Assembly: GCA_000934665.2 (NCBI GenBank)
Contig: KZ538125.1
Span: 62,001-119,491 of the forward strand
Length of the DNA: 57,491 bases
Source of the DNA: Catajapyx aquilonaris
Taxonomy: Eukaryota
Reading direction: 5' to 3'
A program made the translations under genes and the position numbers. Below the pieces are notes generated by a model that ran no database searches, was not told the origin of the DNA, and saw nothing but the letters and a program-made list of their open reading frames with translations. Of this stretch, positions 10,301-24,213 are shown in pieces (within the stretch, counting starts at the first letter, position 1; every line of letters begins with the position of its first letter).

Positions 10301-13300
10301 AACAGGAGGATGGGGTTGAGAGAGAGCATCCGTCATATGCCACAAGGCTGTACTTTAATTCAGGGGAGCCAACCGCAAAAAGCTTTTCTCTTTTCCAAAA
10401 ATGTAAATCTGCCAAAAACCAGCAGCGTTAAGAAAATCGAATCAATTTTTTAGCAATAACATTACTGTTTAATTCAGTTGATGGCAGTAAACATGAACGA
10501 AATTGAGTGTCCAAGTGCACATATTCTTGGCGAAATGGTGCTCAGGTGAAGCTATAATAGTGAGATTTAATGCGTCAACCAGGTTATTTCCATGTGTAGA
10601 GGGTTTTATCAGGCGGTGGGAATAGAAATTTACAACGGCACACAGTTTGCATATCAAGCCCAGTGGCCAATAACAGTCGACGAAACACCGGCCTTTGGAA
10701 TTGAATATGGATCCAATTTGAGGGCGTGGGATCCAAGCGGTTTAACAAAGTGCCGATGATGACGACATTTTCTCACGGCGGGGGAAATAGGCCTGTGAGC
10801 CCACCCAATTCCGGATCCTGACGAAAAACAAGCGGGGGCCCTCCCTGAATTGAAATCAGACAACTTTTTCAATCAACAGGATTTCTTTGCAGCAAGGTTA
10901 GCGCCCCGCTCGTTCTAAGGCCGGAGGAGATTAGGTGCGAAATTAGATTCAGCATAGCCCCGGAGATAATTTGAGGAAGCCTCTACGGGACAAGCACTAA
11001 TTTATTTCTGAGTTCGCGGACACAAGTTCACCCTGTTAAGAAGCAGGCAAGGAACACATTCACCGTACAGTGCACCCTTGAAATTTTAAATCTCGGTCAT
11101 TATTTGCCAGCAAGCTTATATGCATAGTGACGCCACCACCAGATGGGGGTGTTGGCGAGTTAGGATTCTTGCCACTAGATGCGGCTTGGTTGGTAATCAG
11201 TTGTGTGACAGCCTTGTACGAGGCTAGAAAATGTCACAAACACTATGACGCGATTAATGTCCAACACTGTACTTCTAACAGGCTATACAATGCTCAGAAA
11301 TCAGTACAACAGTATATCTGAAGAAGATATAACAAAGCAACTAGAGACGATTGGTTCATATATAGGTAGGGATCCAGAGAAGGGGTGATTGTGACGATGC
11401 TTTTGCGCTAATGGCGAGGCTCTGTGGTCAGCCTAATGCAATTTGGACCCAATCGGACGAAAGGCTTCTGAGCGTTATTAAGTTATAAAGTTAACAGCCT
11501 GATGGTGGAAAAGTGTGGTGGAAGAAAAGAATAGGCAGAAACTGAGAATATGGCCGCATCAAAAGAAGAAGCCACAAAAAAAATCTGAGAGCTTGAAGAA
11601 ATAGGGGGGGGGGGGGGGGNTAAGAAATCTGGTATATAGCTATGGAAAGAAAGTAAGGGGGAGTGCAGTTTCAATTATTAATGGTGCTGGCTGCCCGAGC
11701 CAGGTTGGGCTGAAGGACCGAAAGGGAGCAGAGATTTTCCTCTCCTCCCACAACTACAATCTTCTTAAGCGGCCTGAATGTTAATGTGCCACTTAAGAGA
11801 GAAGGCTTGTGGTCGATTAGTTCTAGAACCAATTGAGAAGCTGCTTCCCAACCCTAGAGACGTACAGCAGCTGAATTGGGCAACTTGGAATAAGAAATGA
11901 GGAACTCTTCCCTGTCACTCATTGTGGAACAGAGCTTGCGTATAATGAGAGCTCATTTGGAGAACGAGGACCTAAAAGATAAGGGTTTGATCACCTCCAA
12001 GACAAATATAGGGGGAGTTGGTCACAAGTGACGTTTTCTCTTTAGGTTCTGCAGAAAGATTTAGTCAAGACTGAGTGTGGAGGAGGGTGTAAACCGTCGT
12101 AGGTGAGAGGAAGAACTGGTTGCGTTGGAGAACTAATTGTGGGGAATGGGCATTGGGGGGTTGAAGTAAAAGGCTGGTGGTGCAAGCTGGCTTGCTCTCT
12201 TGGGCGACAGAAAATGAAATTAACAGCGAGGGGATGTTGGTTTGTATTCTTTGGAGTCTTTCCCCCACTTGCACTTCAACAGGTTGCAGGCCTCGCTCGA
12301 GGTTTTGACAAAACCTCGTAACTTCGAGCGGAACTAGGGGAAACATGAGGATAAAAGGACAAATCAACTTCATGTGTCGAACAATGCCTGGTAATTGCTG
12401 CCTGTCTATTGAAAGGATCAAGCTGTTGCCTCTGAAGGTGTTTCGTACTTAATCCTGGTTCATCAAACTACATTTCAAATCTCTCATTTCAAAGGTTCAG
12501 AAGGGTACCGCCCTTTGCTAGGTTCCATTGCCATATCCATTTCTCCTCTTTAATAATTACGACTGGGTCAAGTGAATACTTGTGCAAAAAGTGGTGGAAA
12601 GCATCAGGGAACTAGGGGAGGGAGAAATTCGGTCATATTTCGCTGCGTCTGCCAGAAAAAAAAACCGCCGTCTGTGTTGAATTTTGCGCATCCTCGGCGA
12701 AACTGGAGGACCGAATTAGGGAGGAGCTTAATCGTGGCGCTAACTCGACATTTTTGCGGGACTTGCATCCACAGTCATCGCCAAAATCAATGGCACCAAA
12801 TCGATATTTTTTTTGTACTTTCCGATTCACATACGTATGCAGATCCAGCATATTCCAGATATATGCCCTTTTCACACACGCTCATCGTGAAGAAGTTACA
12901 TCAGTGTGGAGCAGGAATTCATTGGATATGCCTAGTGCATTGCGTTTGAGGTCATTAGTTCAACATCCCCAGGACGAAATTGTCCATATAGTGGATCCCT
13001 GGAATATTCGGTAAATATTTTAACCCGGAGGAACCCCGTGAGGAAAATAATCGCGTGGGGGGGGGGGGGGGGNGGAGCGGGTTTGATTTAATACCGTCCT
13101 GCTACACTCCCTTTTGGTTTTGCACTTAAAATGAGCAGCCTCATGGATTGTTTACTGCGAATGGGCTCGCTTTTTACAGCCCAGGGTATTAGTGGCATGG
13201 GATAGGGGAAATGCGTTTTTTTCGGCATGTATTTCGCCATTATGTGGCATATAAAGGGTGGGGCAAGTATCAGTCAAGGGTTGCGCATCATTTTGGTCTG

Positions 13301-16300
13301 ATAATTTTGTTATGAGGAGTGCGCATTTTGTGTACAGCCACAGTGTCTGTGTGTTTTAATCAGAATGTAATTAATTACCGATGTTTGGTGCTGCCTTTCG
13401 TGTTCGGCTTTGAACAATAACAAGGTTGCGAATTACATAATTGGTTGTGATTATTAGTCGTGGGTCGTTTATCTTAACAAGGGTAATTAATTTTGTTTTA
13501 CAAGTGATCGGCTTCATTTTGGTATTGTGAATACAAACTAGTGCAACTGTAAGAATTAACTGGGTGTACGATAATGTTTGTGTTTTTTGAGGTTTGTGTG
13601 TTTTATGTCCGGAGGAGAGACAGGCTGAGGTAATTGGATTATGCATCATTTTTGCATTCACGGTCTAACGACTTTTATACACACACTACTGCAAGCATAT
13701 GTCGATTCTGCCAAAACAAAGAGCAAACAGCTAGGAGTATTGATTTCCGGCTTTTCCGTAATGCATGGCAGGTGCTCGCCATCTTGGATGTGAAATGTGC
13801 ATAATTGAGTTTAAAAAAAAAGCTTTGTTCTTTCCAATTCGTAGTAAACACATTACAGTCAGGACTTCCATAGTTGCAAAAAGCTCCACATCTCGTGCGA
13901 TGGATTACTATTAAATGAGTATGCCGTATATCGACACTGTTGCAGGTACTTCGGAAAAAAGGATTCACCACCAATAAATAGCGTATATGTTGCTTTTTCA
14001 CTTTCCGGATTAACAAAATGAGCTTTTCAAATGATACATATATAATTTGTTGAAAGGCAAAGCCCTTTAAATGCTAAAGGAGGAGAATCCTAGTACTGTA
14101 CTGCGGAACTGCACTTTGATTTTTTTAAAGTATTTACAGTGTCTCTAAAGTAAAAGTTTTAAATTCTTCATTTTGGATGGTTTAAGAGAATAATTGTTGT
14201 TGACTGAGCCAGTCATAATTTTATGTAATTTGTAGATTATTATGTAGAGTGTGCGTATGAGTGGAGTGTGCTTAAAATATGACGAAGCCCCTTCCAAAAT
14301 TTTCCAAGGAGGAGAGAGATGCTATTATTTTTCATATATCGAAGGAAAAAACTCTTTGAAGAGCATTGAATAATGCAAGCACAATATGGATTTGCTATGC
14401 ACCTCGCAGTCTCTGTCCATACTCTGTCTCGCTCTAAAAGGGAGCCGCTGTATTTGCCAAGCTATACTGTCCGACTCACACTTTACCTGTCTACAAACGG
14501 CCTGAAGGTATGATGCGTGTCATATGTACCGCAACTGTCCCTATCAAATATTATTCCAAAGGGTCGGATAATAAATATTTATTCATCTTTTACACTGTAC
14601 AGTACATGTGATACACCCTCGTAGGATCATCAGTCAGGTTGTCCTGGAAGGCAGTGATTGATATGTTTCTCGAATCAGCACAGTGAAAGCCAGTTTGACA
14701 TGACGATCTTTTCAATATTTTGCAATAATATACTGTATTTGACTTATGATCTTAGGAGGAGCATGATACCTGTATGTGGAATATAAACTCATCCATATTT
14801 GGCATGATACTCATTAGTATCACATAATTAAATTCTTTTCGTAAAAATGTTTAGAGACAAATTAAGCCAATATTTCATAGTGCGACTGTATTTTAGAGAA
14901 TTTTGTAAATTCATATAAATACCTGAAATACTGGCAGATCGGAATCGCCATGGAATTATTTAGAGATACAGTGCGAGGATTTGAAATATGAAAATTGCAT
15001 TGTCAGGTATAAAATCACTTTTATTCGTGCGTTTCTCTAGGGACTATAATTTCTCTAGCAGATAACTAACTGGGCCGACAAAATTTGCATCAATAACACA
15101 TCGCGTAATTCAATTACACGGAAATGTGAGCTATCATTCTGCATTTGACGTACTGTATACGCCACACAAAAAGTCAGTTCAATTTCTTGCCAATGAAAAT
15201 CTTCCTCACATTTTCACTTACACCTTGCGCTTGTTGGAACCCAAGACCGTTGCTGGTGTGTATCAGTTGTTGCATCGCGTACTTGTGTTGTCATCCTGGA
15301 ATTGACACTTCCCATTGCACAGAAGAGGATGACTGGTTGTTCTTCACAGCTAGGATAGACATGCCATAGAACTTCCGCTTATTAAAAATAATGTAACTCG
15401 ACCGGTTACGCAAGCGGAAGGCCTATGAGTATCACTTAGCACGATGTCAATTTACAGTATGACATTATACTTTCTGTCATTATTACAGCAGGTAAATGTG
15501 GAGTCCCCACGTTGGTATAGTTTACACGCGAAGAGACAGCCAGGTCGGGACCACGCAATGAAGTTATACACAAGCATCTTTGCAGGATGGGGGATCAATA
15601 CCGAAATAGCGATCTTGAGCAACACAACAGAGTGAATCGATCTCTCTTAACCGTAGAACAGTGCGGCTGTAGTAATATATTTTTACGTTATTAATCAATT
15701 TCAGACATATGTGACTGGATGCATGGAAATTGTGCACATTATTACTGGAAAGGTAATAGTTTACCGAAGTGTCTGCAGCTTTAGGACCACCTGCCATAAA
15801 TTTGTTAATTGGTTTTGGAATCTACGTGGGTTTATTTCATTTGTGTACATTCTGCATCATTGTAACTTATAGCAATTATGTGGGTTTTAATGTGGACGAG
15901 CCATTACCAAGAGCAGGAAGCTGTTCTTCTGCGACTGTTAGGTAATTATTTACGTTGCGGTTATTTCCTAATTAAGGTAGCTTGAGTAAGTGATGAGGCG
16001 GAAAGTTGTTCATTTTTGATAAGGAGGTTCAAGAGACTTCTAATAATGTCGCAAATTTTGTTCAAGATTTCTAGAAATCTAATAATCAATAAACCAGCAT
16101 CTCCCAATGGCATGTCACGGGCCTGTAATTGACTACTCATTTTCTCAGGCAGTGGAACAGAACATTCTAGGTCAATGCACTAAATTATTATTGATGCCCG
16201 TTGTTAATGCCGCATGCGCAGGGAATAATTTCCTAGAAAGTTCTCTCTGTAGTAGCCTACTAATGATATAAGGTAAATAAATTTCCTCTTAACGTAATGA

Positions 16301-19300
16301 ATATAGGAATAATATTTTCATGCCAAAATAATCACCGAACCTACAGTAAACACATATTCAAGCAAATGCACTCTAATTGTAGCATTACACATTTGTTATA
16401 GGGTATTATTTTGCGAAATGTATGTTACCTGGCCGCCATTGGAAAAATATCAGCAATGTTGGAGCTTATTGCAGTGAAAATTTCCCTGCAGGCATGATCA
16501 CTCAAGTTGAAACAGGCAATGACAATCACTAATCATATGCTAAAAACTACGTTGTCATATAAGTGACAATGACATAATTTGCATATTATGCTGTTTTGTT
16601 CATTATGACAGATAAATCATTCGTCAATCAATTGCACTGCATAGTGCAAGGCATAAATCCGATTTTAGTCTGAAAATGCATCGACAGGTACGTTGACATT
16701 TTTGAAAATTCCACTATAGCAAGGATGGTAGCGATGGAAACATGAAAGGCTGTGCAAAGCAGACAGTTCATTTGCTTTAGGTATAAAGCAAGTCCTTAGC
16801 AAAAATATAATTAAAATAATTAAAATAAAATAAAATAATAAAAAATTGCACCATTTCTGGCTTCGAGGCTTAGTTATGGAGTGCAACAGGGAGTAAATTT
16901 TGACTTCATTACCATTTGTAGTATCAGCTCTTGATTAGACTGACTCTGCCGTTAATACTTGTAGCAAGTGTGTCTCATACTCTTAAAAGTAAACCACCCT
17001 CTAGTGTAGAGTACTTTGCATAATGAAACCACAAGAAACGTTGCACATTATTGAGAAAGAGAATCAGAGCGCGAATACGAATCTTTTCCTTTTACCAGAT
17101 GAAATATCCACATAAACTCACTAAAAATCCCAGGCAACACCCGGTCGACCTCTGTTCTTGTTCAGCTTTTATTCCATCAGCTTATAGCCTCCAATAGCAC
17201 CTCACGACCCAGAAAAAGGACCCATCCATACGATAGTTAGTCACGTTTGGAAACGCATTACGACTATTGATGCAGTAAAGACTCGGATGGCTTATAAAAT
17301 GAATGTAAATTTCATACCCTTGCAGATACACGAAAAAAAGGACCCAACTTTTTTACACCCCCTAAACCAACCAGCGATAAACAAGCCCTCTTGTGTCTGT
17401 CTCGCCCACTTCCTCCTGATGGCGCCTCCAGATAGAACCAAAAGAAAAGACATTACATAGTCGGAGGCCACTATCTGCTGTTTCTAACCGGAAAATGGAA
17501 TGGGGTGGAGGGTGGGGGGGGGGGGGNNNNNNNNNNGGGGGGGGGGGTGAGAAAAAAAATAATTATGCATGCGGACCGCTTATTTGCTAATGGCTTGTTA
17601 TATGGGAGCGTAGGAGTGAGAATTGAAAGGGGAATGAGGAGCGTACGGCGGCCTAATTGTCTCTCCCCGAGCCACTCATTCCACACTTTTACCCCTCAAG
17701 CATATAATTACCGTGGAGAAGGCGGTTGTTTTCTGTGAGGGAGGGAGGGAGGACGTTGCCAGTTGATGATGGGTTGCATGCATGGGAAATTAGAGGACAA
17801 TTTTCCACTCTGAATATGATTCTGCCGTCGCTTCGTCCGTGTGTGTGGGAGAGATGTGGCCTTATGTCTGCGTTAAAAGGACGCCTTTGTAATTACTTTT
17901 TGGGGGAGGTGAATATTTAGGGGGGTTTTGGGAGGGGCATGGTGGTTTTGTCATGTTGGAGGTGTGCAGGTGTAAGCGGCACGGTGTTGGTCTCGGTAAT
18001 TCATTATTTACTCGCTGCGGAGAAGTCAACAATTATTTTGGCTGGCCAACCCGTGATTGCGTCGGATAAGGGCATTATTCACATTATATACAATATGCCA
18101 TAGTTTTGATTAAAATTTGTACCAGTATTTGAACTGCGTCGTAATTATTGCATAGTAAATATTACTACGATAATATTGACATCTAATTTTAATACCACAA
18201 TGGACGTGAGGGTAATGAACGATGATAACATAAAAATAATACTGCAAAATTTTGATACCTTTTTTCTGACTTTAAGCTTACCAAAAATAATACACGGAGA
18301 ACACAGAAGATAAGTAATAAGTTATGAACATTACTGTAACATAGCCTACTGTTTACTGGCTCCTGGGATTGTAATTCTGTGTTTGCCATATTAATATTCC
18401 TTCTCTGTAACTTACCTATTTGCAGGTTTTGTGCAGGTTCACGTATTTCATGACTGAGTTACCGGTATACTTGATTTTTCATAGGTGTTGCCTAATGCAA
18501 GTTTTATGAACTTTTTTTGTTCCATCATGCACATCACATAATAATATTACGAACTATAAGAAAAATCTAGTGTATATTAATAATGTCCTATATTTTCGCA
18601 TTTCTATCGAATATTCGCATTTTGCTATTCTTTCTGTATGTCATCAAAATAATACGATAACAGATAAATGATATAAATGCGACTCCTGATAAGAATTGCA
18701 AAATTTTCATACCTCTATTCTACATATTAATTACAACATTATTATTTCACAATGGCGTAATGTTATTTAATATTATGTCAAACATGTTGAACATCATATT
18801 TCACCAAAATAATTTGCCATAATATTACATGTATTGACGTCACATTCGCAAGCGTAAATTTGGACCAAATCGGCTTACAGTTCAATAGGATTGCATATGC
18901 ACTATAATGATTAGCATGCCAATAATGTTACATTCCATGGATTTGACATGTACTTCATAATCCCTATTGCTTCCAATAGCCTGAGGCAAATGCCGGTAAT
19001 TCCCGTGAAATTCAATGATTGCTTTTGAGTGGTAAGGGTTAGAGAAGCATGAACTGCTGACATTGCTCAATACGAACAGATGAAAAAAGGAAGTTGACAT
19101 TGGCACAAAAAAGCGGAATCATACAGGTGGTTAGATATGCAAACCCCTATGGCCACAACAGGGCGATATCGTTGCCCATTATTATGGAGGAATGGCTGCT
19201 ACGCTTCGGGGAAGGAGTTGGGCGAATTTGTGCGAATGGTTAGGTGAACCCACTTGCCTCTCTTCCATATGCGATGGGAAAGCTTTCCCCGTCCTATTGT

Positions 19301-22300
19301 AGCATAACGGGACAAAAATTATGCAAAAGGCTCACACTCGAATAGAACTCTGGCTGTGTAGTGTGATAATAATAGAAGATTGTTTCAGCAACTCTTCTCT
19401 TGCCGCTTTTTCAAATTAGCAAAATCCACAATAAGGCTAACCGTCGGAATGCATAGTAATTTATGTATGGTAATTGAATAATTTCACATCATTTATAAAT
19501 GTCTGAAATTAGCAGGAACCTCTCTATTACTGCAGGTAACTGCAGCGTGTTGATGAAAGAAGAACTAGGCTTAATTTTAACTAAAGACTTTTATTACATC
19601 ACCGCTCCCGGCACTGCCTCGCATCAACCGACCTTTATCTAGAGTTTGACATAACCCTTTCGCCATAAAATAATTTGTTTCAGCATACCAGAACCAATAC
19701 AAGATTCGGTGCCCTTTCATTGGATTTCGCTATACTGACTTCAAAATAAGATATACTGTATTATACGAATTCTGACATGTTCATACGATAACCATTACAG
19801 TTGCCAGATCGAATCTTTACAACTTCCTTGCGAGGGCGTGGAACCGAAAGAAAGATTCCCCTCTGATCGTGCAGTCGTGGAGGAATTCTGCCCAACGGCT
19901 CATCTCCTCACCCAGTAAGGTAAAGATTTTCGAGGGACTCGCAGGAATCTAACCCTGTTAAGGAAAGCAACCTGATTGAAGAGAGTGCAAATGGCTGGGG
20001 AATAGTAATCCGCGCTGTTGCGGTGTGTATAGCCCAGCTTTCAGGGGGCAACCTCCCGATTCCTTTGTTCCAGGATGATAACTGGAGAACAAGTAGTTCT
20101 GACTTGGTTCTGTCCTAATTTGGTGAACTTCAGCCGACGAGATGACCAGAGCCCCGGCGAGAGACAGTAATTATCACGGTAGAAGACAAGAGTTAGTCGT
20201 CCGCCATTTTGTACGGAAGGTTGTTAGGAGTGAGGGGTTATCATCACCAGTAGGGAACAAAGCTTGGCTGCTTTCACACAGAGAAAGAGCAGGGAGAAAA
20301 AGAGACATGGAGAACAATGGAGGTGACGTTCTACAGAGACTGAAAGAAGGAGAGAAACGAGGAATGAGACTGAAAAAGTGCCACACTTGATTCGATTTTT
20401 CTGTGTGTGTAGGTCAAAACTGTCATAAGAAGTATTTGATATCTGGTTAGTGATGAGCAGAACAAAATTGGCATGTGGGATTAATGTAGCCTGATGGACT
20501 GGATCCCTCTTGTTCATATCGCCCCTGCCACCAGGCGACCTATTTGGCTGTCAGACACACTTAATATAAATATCAATTCAAAGCCAGGGTGAAACGAAAG
20601 CTCGCCCTCCGCCCCAGCTTATTAAATGATAAGCGATTGTAAAATCTGTTTTAATAACAGAACCACGTACTGCTGGTTTTAATCAGTTCTAATTATTAAT
20701 TACCTTGCTTGATCCTGATCGTAATGAAGATTCCATAACCCGCTCTCAAAAAAAGCATCTGGCGATAAATAGTAATATCGCCTTCATTTCCATATCATGT
20801 CGACTGATGGAAAAAAAAATGAGTTGAATGAGCATGTCGGTGAGCAATTTGGGGGGTTATATTCAGTACAGAAAGTGGAATATTGGTTTGGAAAATCGTA
20901 TCAAAGGCTGGCGCGAAAAAGAAATGAGAATCGAGGCGCGAATCAGCATCCTTGAAGTTGGATTTGGGAAGAACCTTTGGGTGATGCATGCTGATCTCGC
21001 CACACTAACACTGTAAGGAAAGTAATGAAGGCTGCGTTTGCCTGAGGTGATTGTATGATTCTGAAGCGACATTTCATCTGATTTGCTTGTTATTTGCCAA
21101 GATGTCGCAGGTGCTTGTTCTATATAGTCTCAAACCCTATATTCCTATATTTGAAATAACTTACTTGCGTTATTTCCTATGAGTAAGTGTGTTCCAGGTT
21201 CTGAGTATTTACTACCCATCACCTTTTATCAAATAACTTATAAGGTTTAGAGATTACTGCTTTGGACGCCGTGGGAGTGGGGTCATATGTTCCTGTTGCT
21301 TCCGCTTGTACGGTAACAAATAGACCCATAGATATTCAGCAAGCAGGAAGCATCTGTAATCCTCCCTCAGACCCTTTTGAACACGGGAAATTCAATAATG
21401 TAAACTGTAAGGAAACTGCAATGCGAATCCCGGCCTGTGCTTGTTTTCTATTTCTATTCCAGTAGTTCCTAACCCATCCTATATATGATAATATTGGATG
21501 ACTACTTCACTTTTGCTGCAACTTTTTGAACGTCTCCATAATAATTTTGACGCAGAGCTTCTTTCGTGTTTTTTCAAACACCATTTTGCTCGAAATATGA
21601 CAGAAATTATGATAATGCCCTCGGCGCCTTTTCCGCTTTTTGTTTCCGTAATTCCGGGCAGCAAATTTCCGTTTCGCATGAGAGTCAGTAGAATTGAACT
21701 AGTACCACCCATTTGAAATCCGAGAAGCAGCAACGTAGCACTTAAAGTTAACCCATGAGCATAGTTCACTATTCCAAACTAGCGCGCCTAAAATTCAGGA
21801 AGCGTCATTTGTAAGTCCCAAAGTTAGGGAAAGTTAACCGTAGGTCTATTCCAAGCGTTGCTCCGCGGTCGTTCGACATGTGTCCCGGAAGACTAAAAGT
21901 CACACACACACACAAAAAACTAGGGTACAAGTTCAAAGTGGAACTGCCCAAGTTTCCTCCTTCTCTGACGCCGTACGTAAAACACTGTAGTTAGTCTCGC
22001 CATTCATGTACGAGTGGCAAGGGGGAGCGTCAAGGCGGCCAAAATTGAACACAAAGAGACAAACGGGGTCAAAGGGCATCCCCCTCCTCTTTTTCCTCTT
22101 ACATATAAGCCGTCTGGGGAGCCCTCGACGGGGCGGATTGAGTTTTTGGAGGAGGTTGCCTAGGAAACCAAGATTGGAAAAAAACAAGACCCTGCTGAGT
22201 ATGTACCGTAAGCTTAGTGGTACAGCTGAGGGCAAGGAAGAAGAATGACCAATAGCTCGGAATTGCGGGGAGGGTTTCATTAGGCTGTGGGTGGGGAGGA

Positions 22301-24213
22301 TGGTGCGGAGTCTGGCGCACATAGGCATTTCTCTTGTCTATATCCGGAGCTGAAACAGCCCTTCTGGATGGCAGACACGCTGAGAGCAGGGATCTACTTC
22401 TCTTGATATAGAGTACGTTGGGGGATGGGTCTCTGCCCAGGGCCTTCCATTTGTTTGGAGAGGAAGCTTGCTGGGTAAAAAACCGCACCTGAACCCCCAA
22501 TGTTGCTCTATACATTGTTTTCTTCGCTGGTCTCCAGTAATATTTTCAGCAATTATGCAACGTTCTTGCAGTGTTTACTCCAATTTGTATGGTGCTTAAT
22601 TTTTTAGATCAAACGGCCCGGGGCAAACAAATAACTGCTCTGGTTTCGCGGATGGAAAGTAATTGTTGTGTGACGGCGGTATTTATTTTACCAGATAGAA
22701 AGCCAGGTTGTGGCGGCAGGTTTGAAATCTACAAAGCGATCATTACTAATTCTGTTTATGACGAGGGGGGAGTCGACATTTATTCTCGGCTAAAAGGGCA
22801 TTGTCAGCGGTTTGCGGGAGATTTCATTTTCTATTGTGCTTCACTGCGCTCTGCACACGATTGGGGGCATTAAATGCGAATTTGGTCATTGAAAAGGCAT
22901 ATCCTTGTGAAATGAAACATTATTTTAATAAGCGGGGCTTGCCTTTGAAATCTGTGGCGGCGGCTTCCAAATAATTTTATGGCTCACCTCGACCATTTCA
23001 AGCCGCGTAATTTAATAACTATTCATTGCATTGTCATTTCAGCTAATGATATTGGTTTATTAATATTTGCGAAACATGATAATTTACATGTGGCGCAGTT
23101 TAATTTGTATAATTACGTCACGTGATGATGAACCAATGAAACTGTGTGCTTGTGCCATATCTGGGTGTGTCTCACTACATATTAGGTCAGAGCCCTATCG
23201 ACCCCAAAAATGGTGCAATCTAACCCAGCTTGGGCACCTCTTAAGAGTGTAACACTAACGACATTTTTGACGTACGAATAACGACATCTTTCAATCGCAG
23301 ACAATAGGCTGCATTATGTCCTCTGTGGTATCAGATGCTCTAGATGAATAGCAACCTTGGGGACAGACAAGGAGAATGACTGAGAGAGAGTCCATCAGAC
23401 ATAAATCTGAGTCAACTGGGGAAAATGGCCGCCCGCGGCGCTAATTCGACCAGTTCATCCATCCGTCCATTCTTCCCTATAGTCGCTGTTGGCTGCCACC
23501 CACTTCTTTGCTGCTCCTCGAAGTGCCGGAATCAGTCAAGGAAGCATTTTGGAAGATGCTCAAGCTGCTGGACGCCCGCATGAAAGAAGTGAAGAGAGAT
23601 ATGGCGGAATTGCGTCGCCAGCAGGGAATGCGGCTCAAATCATCCAGAATACCTATAACATACACTTTCAAACATCGAGTGGGTTCGACTTTATCGTTCA
23701 TTTGACTTGGGACGTGTATTGACTCGTCAGTGTGACCCCGGTTCATGTCAGCTTAACGACGTGTCAATATTGACGCGTTAATGCTTTAACTGAGATTTAA
23801 CCCTTGCGGAATGCAAATTGGCAATGGTGGGGGGTGAAATATGTGGCTGCCAACGCGTCGTTGGTGACGTCACTTTGTCACTTGATTGCTATATATGCCT
23901 GGGTGTGGCTGTCATTGATGAGCCGGCACACGAAGATGTTTTATGCCCGCCGGCGGGGACAGTTATTTAGTCTTTTCTGTCGGCACTAAAAACAACGTCG
24001 ATTCGAAACAACGTCACTTTGGCAAATACCAGCAATCAGTGCTTTGTCAGCAATTCGGCAGATATTTTGGAATCTGTCCATGTCGATACGTCACAGCCAA
24101 AGCCCAACGATAATGCCAATATCTAGCAACTACTGGGCTCGTGGCGATAGGCATACTGAGCACGTCAACTCCCAACATATGACAGGGAAATGGCTGTAGC
24201 TTATATCGAGGCA

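Noticed and set aside
12436..12470. Second hammerhead-like motif (minus strand TTGATGA...GAAAC)
   Set aside because: The core is mutated, the stems do not pair, and there is no adjacent PLE peptide evidence.
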